Notes: generated from the sequence alone by a model not told the origin. A DNA stretch of 63,496 nt, filler included, from Hyphochytrium catenoides (GCA_900088475.1; 6 parts of 6 records of this genome joined end to end with filler, not necessarily neighbours in it), one strand, 5' to 3'; shown: positions 50,463-63,496, counted from the whole stretch's first letter. A program made the numbers and translations.

Positions 50463-51155
50463 GCTTCGATGGCGTTCATAGTATCGTGGAATGTCAGGTA
50501 GAACACTTAAAAAATGGTCTAAAGTGGATGAGGAGCCTTCTCTTTGTCGATGAGACGATTGGAGGCTCTCTTGATTTCATAGTCTCTTGTCTTCCAAGGG
50601 TTCTTTATGTTTAACCAGAAGTTGGGGCTTCACTTGATCACTTTCTCTCTCTCTCTTTCATACTGTTATTCTCTATTTCCATCGTGCTCTCCCTTCTTTC
50701 TCTCTTTCGCAACTCTCTGTCCTTTGGCCTTGCTTCTCTCTTTCGATCTCTTCGCGCTTTTTCTGACAACAAGTCCTTGTTGCTGGCGCACCCTTCATTT
50801 TCCGCCGCTCACTCTGCCATGCCACTTTCAGCCCGTTACTGGGCGAACGCACCAGATACGCGTCCATCTGCAGCTCTTGGGACACCCGATCGGGAACGAC
50901 CCGCAGTATGGCCCGGGCTCACTGTCCGACCCCAGCATGGGAGAAGGCGTGAGTGAGGATGGCCCAAAGGCGAAGCGATCAGAAGAAGTAGAGGAGAGAG
51001 ACCAAGCCATACGCTGGACACATGGAGAGGAGAGAAGGGGAGACGAGACTCTGCTGAAGGAAATATGCCCAGGTTGCCTTTACGGCGAGAAAGGGATCTT
51101 CAATGACGTGCAGCTTTACCACGAAGGCATCTGGCTGCATGCCTGGAAGTATAAG
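50463..51155 (+). CDS. RluA-family pseudouridine synthase fragment (RPUSD2/Pus9-like C-terminal part)
   Basis: join(50463..50497,50832..51155): [33 protein letters not shown]...CPGC...IWLHAWKY. Confidence 0.9.
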
Positions 51156-54100
51156 GTAAGCTGCAGGCTCGAAGAGAGAGACGATTGAACGGTCGTAAAG
51201 GAAATGAAAGAGAGAGCAAGGGAGGAAGGCCGTAGAGTAAGCCGCGGCAAGAGAGAGAGAGCATGGGTAAGAGAGTTTGAAACACAGAGACAGAGAGAGA
51301 GAGAGAGGCATAGTCATAAGAAGGTAGACATAAATTGAGATAAAGAGAGAGAAACGCGACATAGTGAGAGAAAAGCACATAGAGGGAAGAAAGTAGGAAG
51401 AAAATGGGAGAAGGAGAGAGAGACCGAGAAAAGAAGAGCAATGATAAAGAGCTCTGGGACTATAGGAGGGAATGGGATCGGGAGAATATTGGGGACTCTT
51501 GTCTTATGAAGTCACTAGACACTCTGCGCCAAGAGAAATAGATAGATGGCACGACAGGAGGAGCAGGACCAGAGCACCGCTGACGTTCTGCTCTTCCCCT
51601 CCCTCACTTTTGATGTCGACAGGGACCTGGTTGGGAGTACGAAGTGGATAAGCCGGAGTGGATGACAGGCTAAGGAGCAGGAGAGGACCCATGTCTCCCT
51701 GAATGCCCATGAATAAGCAAGGCAGAAGGCATGCAAGAAGTGAGGCAAACGAGTGTGAGAGGGAAGAAAGAGGAGAGACGCCTCTACTCGGAGGAAGAGA
51801 AGCGTACGGAGGCGGCAAACTGCTGTCTTTGTCAGGCAGAGCAAGGGTTGAGGACGCACTTCCGCCTTGCAATTTGAAAATGCAAGGGCGTCATCAAGAG
51901 TCAGTTATCTAGAGGATGGAGACGAAGGCGGCCCTTTCTCTCTCTCTCTCTCTTTTGTTATCTCTCTCTCTTGTTATTTCTCTCTCCTCCTTCCCCTTCT
52001 GCCTTTCGACCTTCACTTCGTGCTCTGTCTCTCCTTGATGATCCCTCTCTTTCTTTCTCCCGTCGATGACTACGTCTCTATGCGTCTCTGCCATGACGGT
52101 TAGGCCTGGCAGAAGAAGTCGTCGGTCCAGATTATCCAAAGAGAGGTGGCGAGAGAGAAAGAGAGAGAGAGAATGAGGGTTGGACAGTGGCACAGTCAGA
52201 AGNNNNNNNNNNNNNNNNNNNNNNNNNNNNNNNNNNNNNNNNNNNNTTAATTAATTAANNNNNNNNNNNNNNNNNNNNNNNNNNNNNNNNNNNNNNNNNN
52301 NNCCACCGGAATACACAAGTCGATTCTGTGGTGCCCACTACGTTCCACTGTAACACTTGTAGGGTTAATAATGACATATGTTTTGCTCGAGTGCCCATCC
52401 TCAAGAAGGATCTTACTCATTAAACCTTCTACATTGACTGAAGTGAGCTGAGATGATGAAGTGAATGCATAGAGGCCTATGAAGCGGTGGCCGCTAGGAA
52501 AGCGTAAGGAAGAAACGCCGCGCTTTATCTGTTTCTCGTTGTTATTCTTGCGGGTTATTTGCCGTTGTCCTCCTCTTCTTAGGAGAGCCTGAACACTCCT
52601 CATTCTCACTGTTCCGTTGTTGCATCATCGCCATGCATAGAGATCTCTCATCGACAGCTACTGGCAAGTTCCAAGACCTCCGACAAAATGCTAAGCTGCG
52701 GATCGCAAGCCGAGCATAGCTAGACAGCCCGGTTGAGTGCGTGACAACTCATTGCTGATTATAGTACATCATACTTTACTTCGGTAGATCAATGCCGCTG
52801 CAGCTGCTGCCCAGCTGAAGAAACCTCCTTTTTACCTGACAGCAGGCCATAGCTGTCCCTTCTTGGCGTCAGGTGTTCCGCTGATCAGCTCTCAGTGTGC
52901 CCAAGGAGTCTAAACGCCAGTCGCTAAGCTGGCATATAACTAGCGAAATAGTTCTATCCTTGAGAGGCTTTTGCTCCGTGATGACGAATGAACCAAAGGT
53001 CAGTGGAGGCAAGGCTTCCTTCTACAAGCAGCACTATGTAGCTCACGACCAAAGGAGAAGAAGGAAGAGCCAGAAGACGAATAAACAATGACCAGAGGAA
53101 GAAATGCCCAGAGTGAGACCTAAGAAGGTGTCCAAGGGAAGATCCGGAAGATGATAATGATGGGGTGCGGTGAGTCTGTGGCTACCATGGTCGGTGGCCT
53201 ACTACTACAAAGGAGCCTGTATGGGTCGCGGAGTAAGAATAAACCATAGAAGGTGAGGCCTTTCTGGCAGAAGACTACTTGTTCTCATCAATGATGATTC
53301 GCATGCTTCACTAACAGCAGGAATGCTCACTAGTAAGCCTCCGTCCTCTATGGGTTCCGCCATGGCTGAGGATGCTGAAGTGCGCCATTGAACAGCAGAA
53401 GATGATGGGGTCTCCGTGTAGCATGGAGCTGGCTGGCCTTCTTATATGGTCTTTGTGTTGCCCTTAACTAGCTTAGGTTAGGAGAGCTAGATAAAGTAGG
53501 TCAATGTGAGTTGTTCTTATAAGAAAGGGATAGAAGTAAGCAGAACGAGCTACTGTCTCATTTCTCTGTGTTATGAGAGGATAAGTGGTTCTTGTGATGA
53601 TATCTTCTGTGGTCGTCGGTAACACTGCTGCCTGGTCACCATCATCATCTACCTTTCTCTCAAGCTTTGCTGCTGGTACTGGACCAATCTTGCTGGTCTA
53701 CTTCTTCACAAGCTTGCTATTATCATCTCAACATCTTCTTCCAATACACTGTTATGGCTGTCAGCACTGCTTCCTGCTGCTGCTGGTATGGGCTTACCCA
53801 TTGTGCCTGTTGGCGACACGATGATAGAAGTCCGTCATAGGTAACCTGTTTCTACTGTCGCATACTTCGTTCACATCATCATCTTCTTCGACTCGACGGA
53901 TCCGCCTGCTGCCATGACGGAGGAGGAGGATGAGCAGCGAGGAATGAAGGCAATCAGCTGCATTCTTCTTCTGATCAACACGAAGAAGAAGACGAAGGAG
54001 GGAGGAAGCTGATTGTTGAGAGCCATGAAGAAGCGGGCTTTGAACATTGACAAACGGGAAAGAAAGGCCAAGGAAGACGAGGAAGGAAGAGAAAGCCAGT

Positions 54101-54767
54101 TCCCCACTGCTAAGGAAACGGACAGAGAGAGCAGCCAAGGGCGGAATAAACCCAACAGTCCTTTCTTGACATGGCGACACTGAACCAGGAATCGTCGCAA
54201 TTAAGACCCTACCATTGGGTTTGAGGGCTCTATATGAATATAAGAGCTAGACTTTCTAAGGTAATGTGTATGGCTAGGTAGGGAGAAGCTGACCTAAGAT
54301 TAGCGCTTCAAGAAGTGTAAGGAGGGGGGACGAGAGGGGAATAACTTTTTGTGGGAGAAAGATAGGAAGATCAAGAAAGATCGCGGCCCGCCTCTCACCC
54401 TTCTGTCCTCGCCTTGTCCATAGAAAACATGTGCATCGCCCTCATGTCATGGCAGACCCATCATGCTGAGGACGCTCCTACCCTCTTCTTTCTTACCTTC
54501 TTCGTTCTCTCCTCACCTCCTCCCACCCTCGTCATCATCTAACATCAGCACCAGCAGGCGCTAAAGCACTAACTCTGCTGTTCTGAATGAACCTCCTCGT
54601 CTCTTCTTCGGTCTTCAGACGTGTTGAGGACACGATCTACCGAGATGAAGCGATGACTCTATCGGGANNNNNNNNNNNNNNNNNNNNNNNNNNNNNNNNN
54701 NNNNNNNNNNNTTAATTAATTAANNNNNNNNNNNNNNNNNNNNNNNNNNNNNNNNNNNNNNNNNNNN

Positions 54768-54897
54768 ACCACGGTTTTCCTTTTTTCCTGCTCCAAGTCC
54801 GAGTACGGCCTCGCTCCTTTCCGTCACATTGCCCGGTATTCGCTACCAATGGGAGAGAGAGAGGGACAAGGAGAAGCGAGAGGCAGAAAGAGAGAGA

Positions 54898-54936
<39 letters not shown>

Positions 54937-56411
54937 GGAAAATGAGAGACAGTAATTCAAGAGAAAGACCAAACACAGGGTAGAGGCAGTCAGTAGAGAG
55001 AAACGGGCAAAGCGGCACCAGGAAGAAGCACCAGATGAGAGAAGCAACAAGTCAGAAACAATAGAGAGAAAGACACGGGACGGGGTTTGAAGGGAGAGAG
55101 GCGGAGAAAGAGAAGGAAAGAAAGAGAGAAAGAGACATCGAAAGCAAGACAGGGACTAAGGTAAGAGAGCGCAAGGGAAGGTTAGAACCAAGGAATTAGT
55201 GGGAGACAGAACGTTGAAGAGAACAGGGAGAGAGACAGAGAGATACAGACAGAAAGAGACGGCGAGAGAGAGAGTGAAAGAGAGAGAGAAGTTGGGCACC
55301 TGACTCTCTTCTGGAGCTTCCTTGAGCCACCAGACATCTTGTCCTCCCCACACGAATATCTCTCCATAGTCCGAGAGAGCGAAGATACAGTGAGAGCTGA
55401 CCGCGCACTGAGACACTCGCCGACCCCACAAAACTGAGAGAGAGGGAGAGAGAAAAAGAGAGAGAGAAAGAGAGAAGGAGGGAGAAAGCGGAGAGAGCAA
55501 AGGGACAGAGAAGAGACACACATCATTATATAGGAGAGAGAGAGAGGATTGCGTTAAGAGAAGAGGCAAAGAGACGCTCCACGGAGGACACGTACTTCTG
55601 ATCAGGGCCAAGAGAGAGAGAGAGAGAGAGGGAGAGAAGCTGGGAGAGACCCTGAGAGAGAAGCTAGGAGAGACGAGAAAGAGAGAGAGAGGGAACGAGA
55701 GAGGGAAAGAGGGACAAAGAGACAGTGGAAATGAAGGCATGTTAATTCAGGAAGTTGAAACTAAACGGAGAGAGAAAGAAGACCGAAAGAGCGGAGAGAG
55801 ACGGGAGGACACTGAGCGGACCTGAGACATTCAAAGCACTAGGAGGCCACTCTATCTCTGCGGGAGAGAGAGGCACTTTCCCAAGAGAGAGAGACGAAGA
55901 GATATCCGCAGCTTCCTCTCTCTCCTCCTCCTTCTTATTCCTAGGGAACGAAGAAGAAGAGAACGAAGGGGAAGAAGCCTCGTCTCGAACCTCGGCGACC
56001 TTCATCGTTGCCTTTTCAATGGTTCTCTCTGTTGGTCTCTCTCTTTTCTCTCCTCCTCCACATCGTCTTTCCCATAGTTTCTGTACAAGATCAAAGCCAT
56101 GGAGACGTCCCCCGATCTCTGTCTCTCTCCTGAGAAAGGAGAGACTCCCCTCTGTCTGCCCGACCAATCCTCTCCCGAAGACGTAAACCTGTCCAGCGGC
56201 GTCCAAAGCCCGCGCTAACTCGGTCTGATCAAAGAGAGAGAGAAAGTAAGAGAGAAAACCGGAATGGAGAGAGAGAGAGACAGGGAGAGAGAGACAGAGA
56301 GGGGCAGAGAGAGAGAGAGGACAGGGAGAGAGGGAGAGAGACAGGGAGAGAGAGAGAGAGAGAGACATAGACAGAGAAGGCGGGAGAGTGAGTGAAACAG
56401 AGACAGATAAT

Positions 56412-56457
<46 letters not shown>

Positions 56458-58059
56458 TGTGAGAGAGAGAGAGGGAGGGCATTGGAAGGAATAGGGGTCC
56501 AGGGACCAATTGAGATAGCCGGACAGAGAGAGAGGCAAAGGAAGAAAAAGAGAGAGAGTGAAAGAGACATAAAAGAACGGAGAGAGAAACCTCGGCGAAG
56601 ATGAACTGGGAAGAGTGGAGGGATGGGCGGGGGAGCGGAGTTATGTGGGGACGAACAATCTCTCCCCTCTCTCTCTGTTGCACATTGACACCGCTCACGG
56701 AGTCTAAGCGCCTTCTCTCCCGTTATACTCTCTCTCCCCTTTCTTTTCTTCACACTCTCTCTCTCTCTTTCTCTCTCTGCTGCCTTGTCTTCATGGGCTT
56801 ACCTCTGCAAGTTCCTTCATCTCCTGGAGCATCTCTCTCTTTTCCTTCAGCTCGTTCTGCCACTCAAACCAGCGCTGCGCCTCTCTTACGACTTCCTCTT
56901 CTTTTCTCTCTTCCTCCGCCAGCGCTTCCAGAAGAAGTTTCTTTATTGTCGCGCGGGTGGCGAAGCGCGGGATGGGGATCCCGCGGTTTTGTAGTTCTAA
57001 CTTTGGGTCGATGACCTAGAGAGAGAGAGAGAGAGAGAGAGAGGTCAAAAGAAAGAAGGAGCGAGGCCAATAGAGAGAGAAAGAGAGGATGAGAGAGATA
57101 CCGGTCAAAAGAAAGAAAGAGGGTGATCAGTAGAGAGAGAGTGGGAGAGAGAGAAAATGACAGAATCACGGAGCAGCGGGAGAGATAGATAGAAAGAGAC
57201 GCAGCGAGAGAGAAAACGCGAGGCCAAATTTTATGTTTCTAAAAGAGAGAAAGAGGAAGAAAGAGAGCAAATAGAAAGCGACCAGGTAGAGATAAAGGTC
57301 AGACACAAGGGGTATAACAGACGAGTCAACGAGAGAAAATAGAAGGGAGAGGAGTGGAGGGTCGAAGAGAGAGACACAGGGAAGGAAGAGCTGCAAGGAT
57401 CGGAGAGCCGGGGGAGAAGTGTTTAGGGAAGTGGGAATCTACCTCTATCCAGGCTTCTTTGAATCCGTTGAGGTCCATAGTGTCGCCCTGGAGGGGAAGA
57501 GAGAGAGAGAAAGAGAGAGAAAAAGAGAGAGAGAAAGAGAGAGAAAGAGAGAGACAGAAAGAGAGAGAGAGAAAGAGAAAGAGAGCAAGAGAGAGAGAAA
57601 GAGAGAGAGAGAAAGAGAGAGAGACAAAGAGAGAGAGAGGAAGAGTGGGGTAGGAGAGGAGAGAGAGGGAGAGAGGGGCAACAAGAGAGAGAGCCAGAGG
57701 GAGAGACAGTGAGTGAGGGAGAGAGAATAGTGACAATCCAGCACTCGGCCTTCGACGGTAGGGAAGAAGTGTTTCTCTCTACCTTGCCATATTGTAGAAA
57801 GAGCCTCTCCTGCATTCCGTCCCCCACGCTAGTTGAGAAAGACTCCTATCAGTAGCAGTGTTAAAAGGACGGAAAGAAGGCCAAGCAGAACAGGCAATAC
57901 GGCCAAGATGAAAGAAAAAAAAGAGAGTGACAAGGAGAGAGAGAGAAAGACGAGAGAGAGAGAGAAAATAAGAGAGAAAAGGGGCGAGGGAGAAGAGAGA
58001 GAAAAAGAGAGAAAGGGGCGAGAGAGAAGATTGAGAGAGAGAGTGAGAGAAAGAGGGGC

Positions 58060-58101
<42 letters not shown>

Positions 58102-59003
58102 AGAGGAGAGAGGAGTGGGGGAGGGGGCGAGAGAAAGAGAGAGAGGAAGAGAATGGAGGAGCGAGAGAGAAAGGGAAATGAGAGAAAGGGTGGAGAGAGA
58201 CACAAAGAGAGAGGGAGAGGAAGAGAGGAAGAGGAAAGAAGAGATAGAACAAAGCAAGATAACGGGGCCGTGTAGAAGGTACAGCCTACCAGCATATCGG
58301 CAAAGTCAGCCTCGTCTACTTCTCCCTTAACGTCGCTAGCATAAAGCTGCATGGGCCAAGGGACAACGCGCAAGTTAGGACAGAAAAGGTTGCTGCTAGA
58401 GGGAGAGAAACAGAGAAAGAAAGGAAGAGAAAGAAAGAGCGAGTTACGATGACTAAGAACAGAAGGAAAAAACAATCGAGGAAGGAAGAGAAAGAAAGGG
58501 AAGGGGCAAAAGAGAGGAAGAAAGACGACAACAAGGGGAAGACAAAAGAATAAGCAACCCATGCTTGCCTCCACGCTAGAGAGAGACAGAGGGGAAGGGA
58601 GAGAGAGAGAGANNNNNNNNNNNNNNNNNNNNNNNNNNNNGAGAGAGAGAGAGAGAGAGAGAGAGATTCTGGGCCCCAGACCAAAAAGATGTCTGTGGGA
58701 GTAATCATTTTGCTTGGTTTAAAGCCCAGCGGGTTCCCTGTTGCAGGGTCACAGGTGTACATAGCGATCTGATCGATAGCACAGACATATGAGGTATGTG
58801 AGGGAGGGAGAAAGAGAGAGAGAGAGAGAAAGGACAAGAGAGACAGGAGGAGAGAGAGAGAGAAGGGAGAGAGAAGAGAGGAAAGGCTGTTACGGTTCGT
58901 TGGAAGAGAGTCACAGGTTGATTCGGACTGTCATCTCCTAAAGACTTGATAGAGTCCAAAGACAGTGACGGGCAGGCCTTGTTGTTACCTCGCCCCTTTG
59001 TAG

Positions 59004-59040
<37 letters not shown>

Positions 59041-59283
59041 GTGTGACCTCTCTCCTTTTTCCTTAGCTCCATCCGATCTTGAGATTCTCTCTTCTCTATT
59101 CCCGGTCAGTTCGTCTCTCTCCTACCTTGAACTCTTCCACGTCAATCTGCCCTGAGCCATCGGTATCACAGGCACGAAAGTACTTGAGAGCCTTTGGAGA
59201 GCTAAGGAAGATGAAGAGAACGCAGAGTCACAGATAGAGGGAGACAGAGTAGGAGAGTGAAGATGTAGAGAGAAAGGAGGAAG

Positions 59284-59341
<58 letters not shown>

Positions 59342-60664
59342 GAGAGAGCGGGAGAGAGAGAGAGAGAGAGAAAGGAGAGAGAAAGAAAGTGAAGTCTGAC
59401 TAGTTAGCGTTGCTTCCGTCAAGCTGCTCTACTTTCTAAGTATATCTCCCTCTACCATCCTTACTTTCTTCCAGGTCTCTTTCTTCCTTTTTGAGTCCCC
59501 TAAGCCTCTTTTCTCTCTCTGTTTGTCTTTCTCTCTCTCCTTCTCTCTTTCTCTCTTCGTCTCTCTCCCTTCAATTCTTCTCCCTCTTTGTCTCTCCTCA
59601 CCTAAGCTTTATCCCCAGCTTCGGCAACATGGCTTTGAACTCGTCCAGGTCAATGGTCCCCGTGCCGTCCTTGTCAAACTCTTTGAACATTTCCTCAGGA
59701 GTTCTCCCTCGGAGAGAGTTGACCAGTAATTTCTCTCTCTTTCTCTGCTCTGCACCCTCTCCGCTGTCTTCCAGCTCATCATCACTCTCTTCCCGAAGGC
59801 CCTCCAGAAGAGAGAGACCGCTAAGACGAGAGGTTGTCTCATCTTGCGTGGCGCCTCCCTCGCTCTCTAAAAGGAGGAGAGAGAGAAAGAAGCAAGAGTT
59901 CGCGCGCGCACGAGAGAGAGTCAGAGGGTGAGGAAGTGAAGGGACTCTTAATCGGAAAAGCCTAGCAACAGCAGGGAGAGAATGCCTTGGTCGGTGAGCA
60001 AAGGAATGGAGAGAGAGAGNNNNNNNNNNNNNNNNNNNNNNNNNNNNNNNNNNNNNNNNNNNNNNNNNNNNNNNNNNNNNNNNNNNNNNNNNNNNNNNNN
60101 NNAAGAGGGGCGAGAGAAGACAAAGAAGGGAGAAACAGAACCAAGGAGATGAGGAAGAGACTAGAAGAGCAGTCAGAAGAGAGAGAGAGAAAAAAGAGAG
60201 AAATGACGCCATATAATAGCTTGCTATTTGGCATCACGAAGTGTGGATTTTTGAGGAGGATACTCTCTCTCTCTCTCTCGTGTTCTCTCTCTCTCTCTCT
60301 CTTCTTTTTCAGTTTCCGCAAACCTGCTTCGCGCTCTTTGTCCTTGGAAGACATCTCCTAAGCCTCTTTCAGGCTCCTCCACTTTTTGCAGAGGCCTCTT
60401 CTCTCTTCAGTCCATAGCTCGAGGTGCAGGGAATGAGGAGAAGCAAGAGAGAAACAGAGAGAGGGAGACGGGGAGAAACAGCTACGAGCTAGCAGATAGA
60501 GAGTGTGCGTAAGAGAGAGAGAGACATTGGAAGAAAGAGAGAAAGAGGGAGGAAACAGTCAAAACGTAAGAGAGCGTTGTACCTCTTCAAGGCGGAGAGG
60601 ACGATAGTTGGACCACCGCCTGTATCCTTTCATTCCTCGCCTACGCTTACTTCTCTCTCTCATA

Positions 60665-60695
<31 letters not shown>

Positions 60696-60914
60696 TCTTT
60701 TATCTCTTTCTTCTCTTCTCCCCCCCTCGCTCTCTCCATCTCGCTATGGTCGACTTTACCCTGTGCCATGATTTCTCTCTCTTTCCATCAGCTTTTCGTC
60801 TTTCCTAGTTCTCGTACCTGGGACCACAGCTTGAGACGATAGTCCGTAGTTGCTCTCTCTCTCTCTCTCTCTTTCTTCTTTTACTCTTTACAATCTTCTC
60901 CCTCTTATTACTCC
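54768..60914 (-). CDS. EF-hand + coiled-coil + RCC1-like repeat protein, partial at both ends
   Basis: EF loops DKDGTGTIDLDE (exon 59602-59866) and DTDGSGQIDVEE, two degenerate EF hands, a helical segment, then DAAGQVYVFGRG and IFALSDYGEIFVWGG. The core exons join in phase; exons upstream of 59866 are less certain. Confidence 0.78.
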
Positions 60915-61961
60915 CTATAAATCCAGTCCGTTCGCCGGAGCCGGAGAAGAGAGAGAGAGAGAGGCTCTGCCCGGAATGAGAGGAACGGAGAGAAAGAGTG
61001 CTTGGGAAGTGAGGAAGAGGGGCCCTCAAATAAACAAGAGCAATCTAGTGGACCGCAGAAAGCAAGGAAGACAAGGAATGGCACGCTGATCAGGGGAAGA
61101 AAGTTGATTTTATAGATGAAGATAAAATGGAGAGGTAGAGCTAGATAGATAAAGAAAGAAAAGAGACAGAGACCGAGACAAAAGAAAAAGAGAGTGGGAG
61201 AGAAAGAGAGAGCCAGAGAGAGCGAGCGAGAGAGAGAGCGCGCGCGCGAGAGAGAGAGAGAGTGTGAGGGAGAAAGAGAGCAAGAGAGAGAGAGAGTGGG
61301 GGAGGAGAAGAGAAGGAGAGAAGAAGAGAAGGATGAAGAGAAAGAGGCGTGAGAAATAAGGATAGTAGAAAATGGAGAACAACAGAACAATAGCGAGAAG
61401 AGAAGAGCAACGACGAAGAAGCCTGACAACAAGGGAAAGGGAGAGCCAGGAGAAAACAGAGGAGAAGCAGGAGAGAGAGAGAGAGAGAGAGAGAGNNNNN
61501 NNNNNNNNNNNNNNNNNNNNNNNNNNNNNNNNNNNNNNNTTAATTAATTAANNNNNNNNNNNNNNNNNNNNNNNNNNNNNNNNNNNNNNNNNNNNCCCCT
61601 TCCTCTCTACCCTCGCCCTCTCTCTCCATTTTGCCTCTCCTTGTCTTCTTTTCTCTCTCTTTGCCTCCTCTCCATCTGTTCCTCTCTCTCTCTTCTCTCT
61701 TCCTCTCCTTCTCTGCCTTTTCTCCCTCTAATCCTATCTGTCCTTTGTCCTTTGCCTTTCTCCTTGTCTCTCTCTCTCTCTCGGTTCGCTATCCAACTAT
61801 CCTTTCGCGCCCGCTTCTGGCTCTATTTTTCTCCTCTCTCTTGCCCACTTCCTTCTCACTCTCTTTCTCTCCGGGAGACGAGAAGTAGGGAGAGGATCAT
61901 GGAGTTGGCTAGATGGGGAGAGGGCGATAGACAGAGAGAGAAAAAGCAGGTAGGTGGTCGC

Positions 61962-63471
61962 ATGGGGTTCCTTCCCGTCCTTCTGTGCGCCACTGGAGCT
62001 ACCTCAGGTGAGAGCCGCAGGAGAGACACTGGAAAGACCCTTTGCTTCCTCTAAAGCCCCGAGACAGAACAGAGAGAGAGAGGGAGTGGCCCAAGGAAGG
62101 AGAGAACAGCGAAAGAGCGAGCGAGAGAGAGAGTCTGGGTGAGACAATTGTCTGTGCTCTTTTGGTACGATTATTTAGGGCATCAGATCATGACACAGCA
62201 GCAGCAGCAGCAGCAGCTGAGGAGCGACAAGGGCAGTGACAGGGAGAAAGAGAAAGAAACACCGGAGGTGGAAAAGAGTATGGAGCCAGAAAAGGGGAAA
62301 ACTCTTAAAGACGAAGTGAAAGAGAAGAAGATACTTCCGGAGGATGTTGAAGAGAGAAAAGAAGGAAGTGATAAGAAAGATCATCAACGAGATAGAGAGG
62401 TAGGACCAGCAGCTCCAGACAAACAAGAGACAGCAGACGAAGTGACAGCCCCGGAAAGAGAGAGAGACCGTCACGAGGGAGAGACAAGAGGACTCTGTTC
62501 TCCAATTTCCCTTGCTCAGACCCTCTCTCAGAGTCTACTAGCAGGCTCTACTGTCCCTGAAGCTTTCTCTCTCTATCAACGGTGGACGGTGGTGCGGAAG
62601 GGGATACTAAGGCCTGTAGATGGCAACGCAGCGGCAAAGATAGCTGCAGATCCTGCGCAGCATCTTCTTCGAGGCACCGCCAGCGGCGTCGTAGAGATAT
62701 TGCAACTAGCAGAGGAGCCTAAGTATAGACTGGTCATCAGGGGGTTGACAGTCAGACAGAGTCCGGAGATAACAATGAAGGGCCCAGTAAAAGTAGTAGG
62801 AGGCGAGAGAGAGGAAGAAGATGTGCCGATCTTTCTCTTCGTCTCTCCTTTTGCTCGTAAGGAGAGCGAGCTAGAGAAGATTGAGAGTCAAGGCATTCGC
62901 CTGCAGAATCCAGCAAATGGAGATGGACGACTGCTCACATTGGAGTCAAAGAAGCTGAGAGAGAGAGAAGAGAAAAAGAAGAAGACAGTGAAGGACCAAG
63001 CTCCAACCACAGCGTCTGATGCGAAGCATCTGTCCGAGCCTCTCTCTCCTGCAGAGGCAGCCTCCCCGGCTGCAACGACGAAAGAGAAGAGAAAGAAGAA
63101 GAAGAAGAGAAAGGATGGGACTGACAACAAGAAGAGAGGCCTGACCATCACCATTGACTTGCCCTTTGACGTGCCAGCCATCCTTAGCTGGACCAGCATC
63201 TGTCTTGCCAAGCCCGCCTCTTCCCCGCCTGTCTCTCTCTTCCCTGTTTTCTATGGATTCGCAGCCTTCGACATTCCTCTGTCTCCCGGTGCGCTAGCGC
63301 TGGGGACGAGCCGTGTCTTCCGTGCGGCGAGCGCTAGGGCCATGGGAATGGAAGAGTTTCTCTTGGCCAAGCGTCCCCTGCAGGATCTTTCCCTCGTGGA
63401 GCTGAGGAAGAAGGTGGCGGTGGCGTTTAAAGCTCTTGGGATGGACATGGATCTGGAGCTCAACTATGAAG
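61962..63471 (+). CDS. Protein with poly-Q/charged N-region and possible DM13-like beta domain; join(61962..62007,62179..63471), continues beyond window
   Basis: 1293-nt stop-free exon bounded by tttAG and GTaaaa, absent from the ORF track because it runs off the window end. An alternative in-frame ATG lies at 61899. Confidence 0.7.
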
Positions 63472-63496
63472 GTAAAAGGAGAGAGAGAGAGAGAGA

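Overview
Eukaryotic nuclear scaffold, not prokaryotic. It has GT-AG spliceosomal introns and is saturated with (GA)n/(CT)n microsatellites. A stramenopile/algal protist is my inference, from the fused ATP-citrate lyase, mitochondrial-type HslU and NLRG...RRLQ propeptide. Five artificial 100-nt linkers (N44-TTAATTAATTAA-N44) split it into six pieces whose adjacency is unproven. Most ORF-track entries are microsatellite artefacts. Genes rebuilt by hand with phase-consistent splicing: a secreted Pro/Ala-repeat protein, ATP-citrate lyase (2 exons, ~1102 aa), a 15-exon SAM-methyltransferase+TPR protein (~700 aa), HslU (7 exons, ~521 aa), a calponin-homology fragment, a disordered Ser/Pro-rich protein, an intronless acidic protein ending in a TOS-like motif, a 94-aa membrane protein, an ARM-like fragment, an RluA-family pseudouridine synthase fragment, an EF-hand+RCC1 gene and a possible DM13-like gene. 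Best candidates for novelty: introns polarised 5'-(GA)n...(CT)n-3' that could pair to bridge splice sites, the bacterial-like methyltransferase-TPR gene with a skippable NLS/acidic exon, and two tandem pairs of palindromic non-coding units. No CRISPR, rRNA or tRNA was seen. Family assignments come from motif recognition only; no searches were run.
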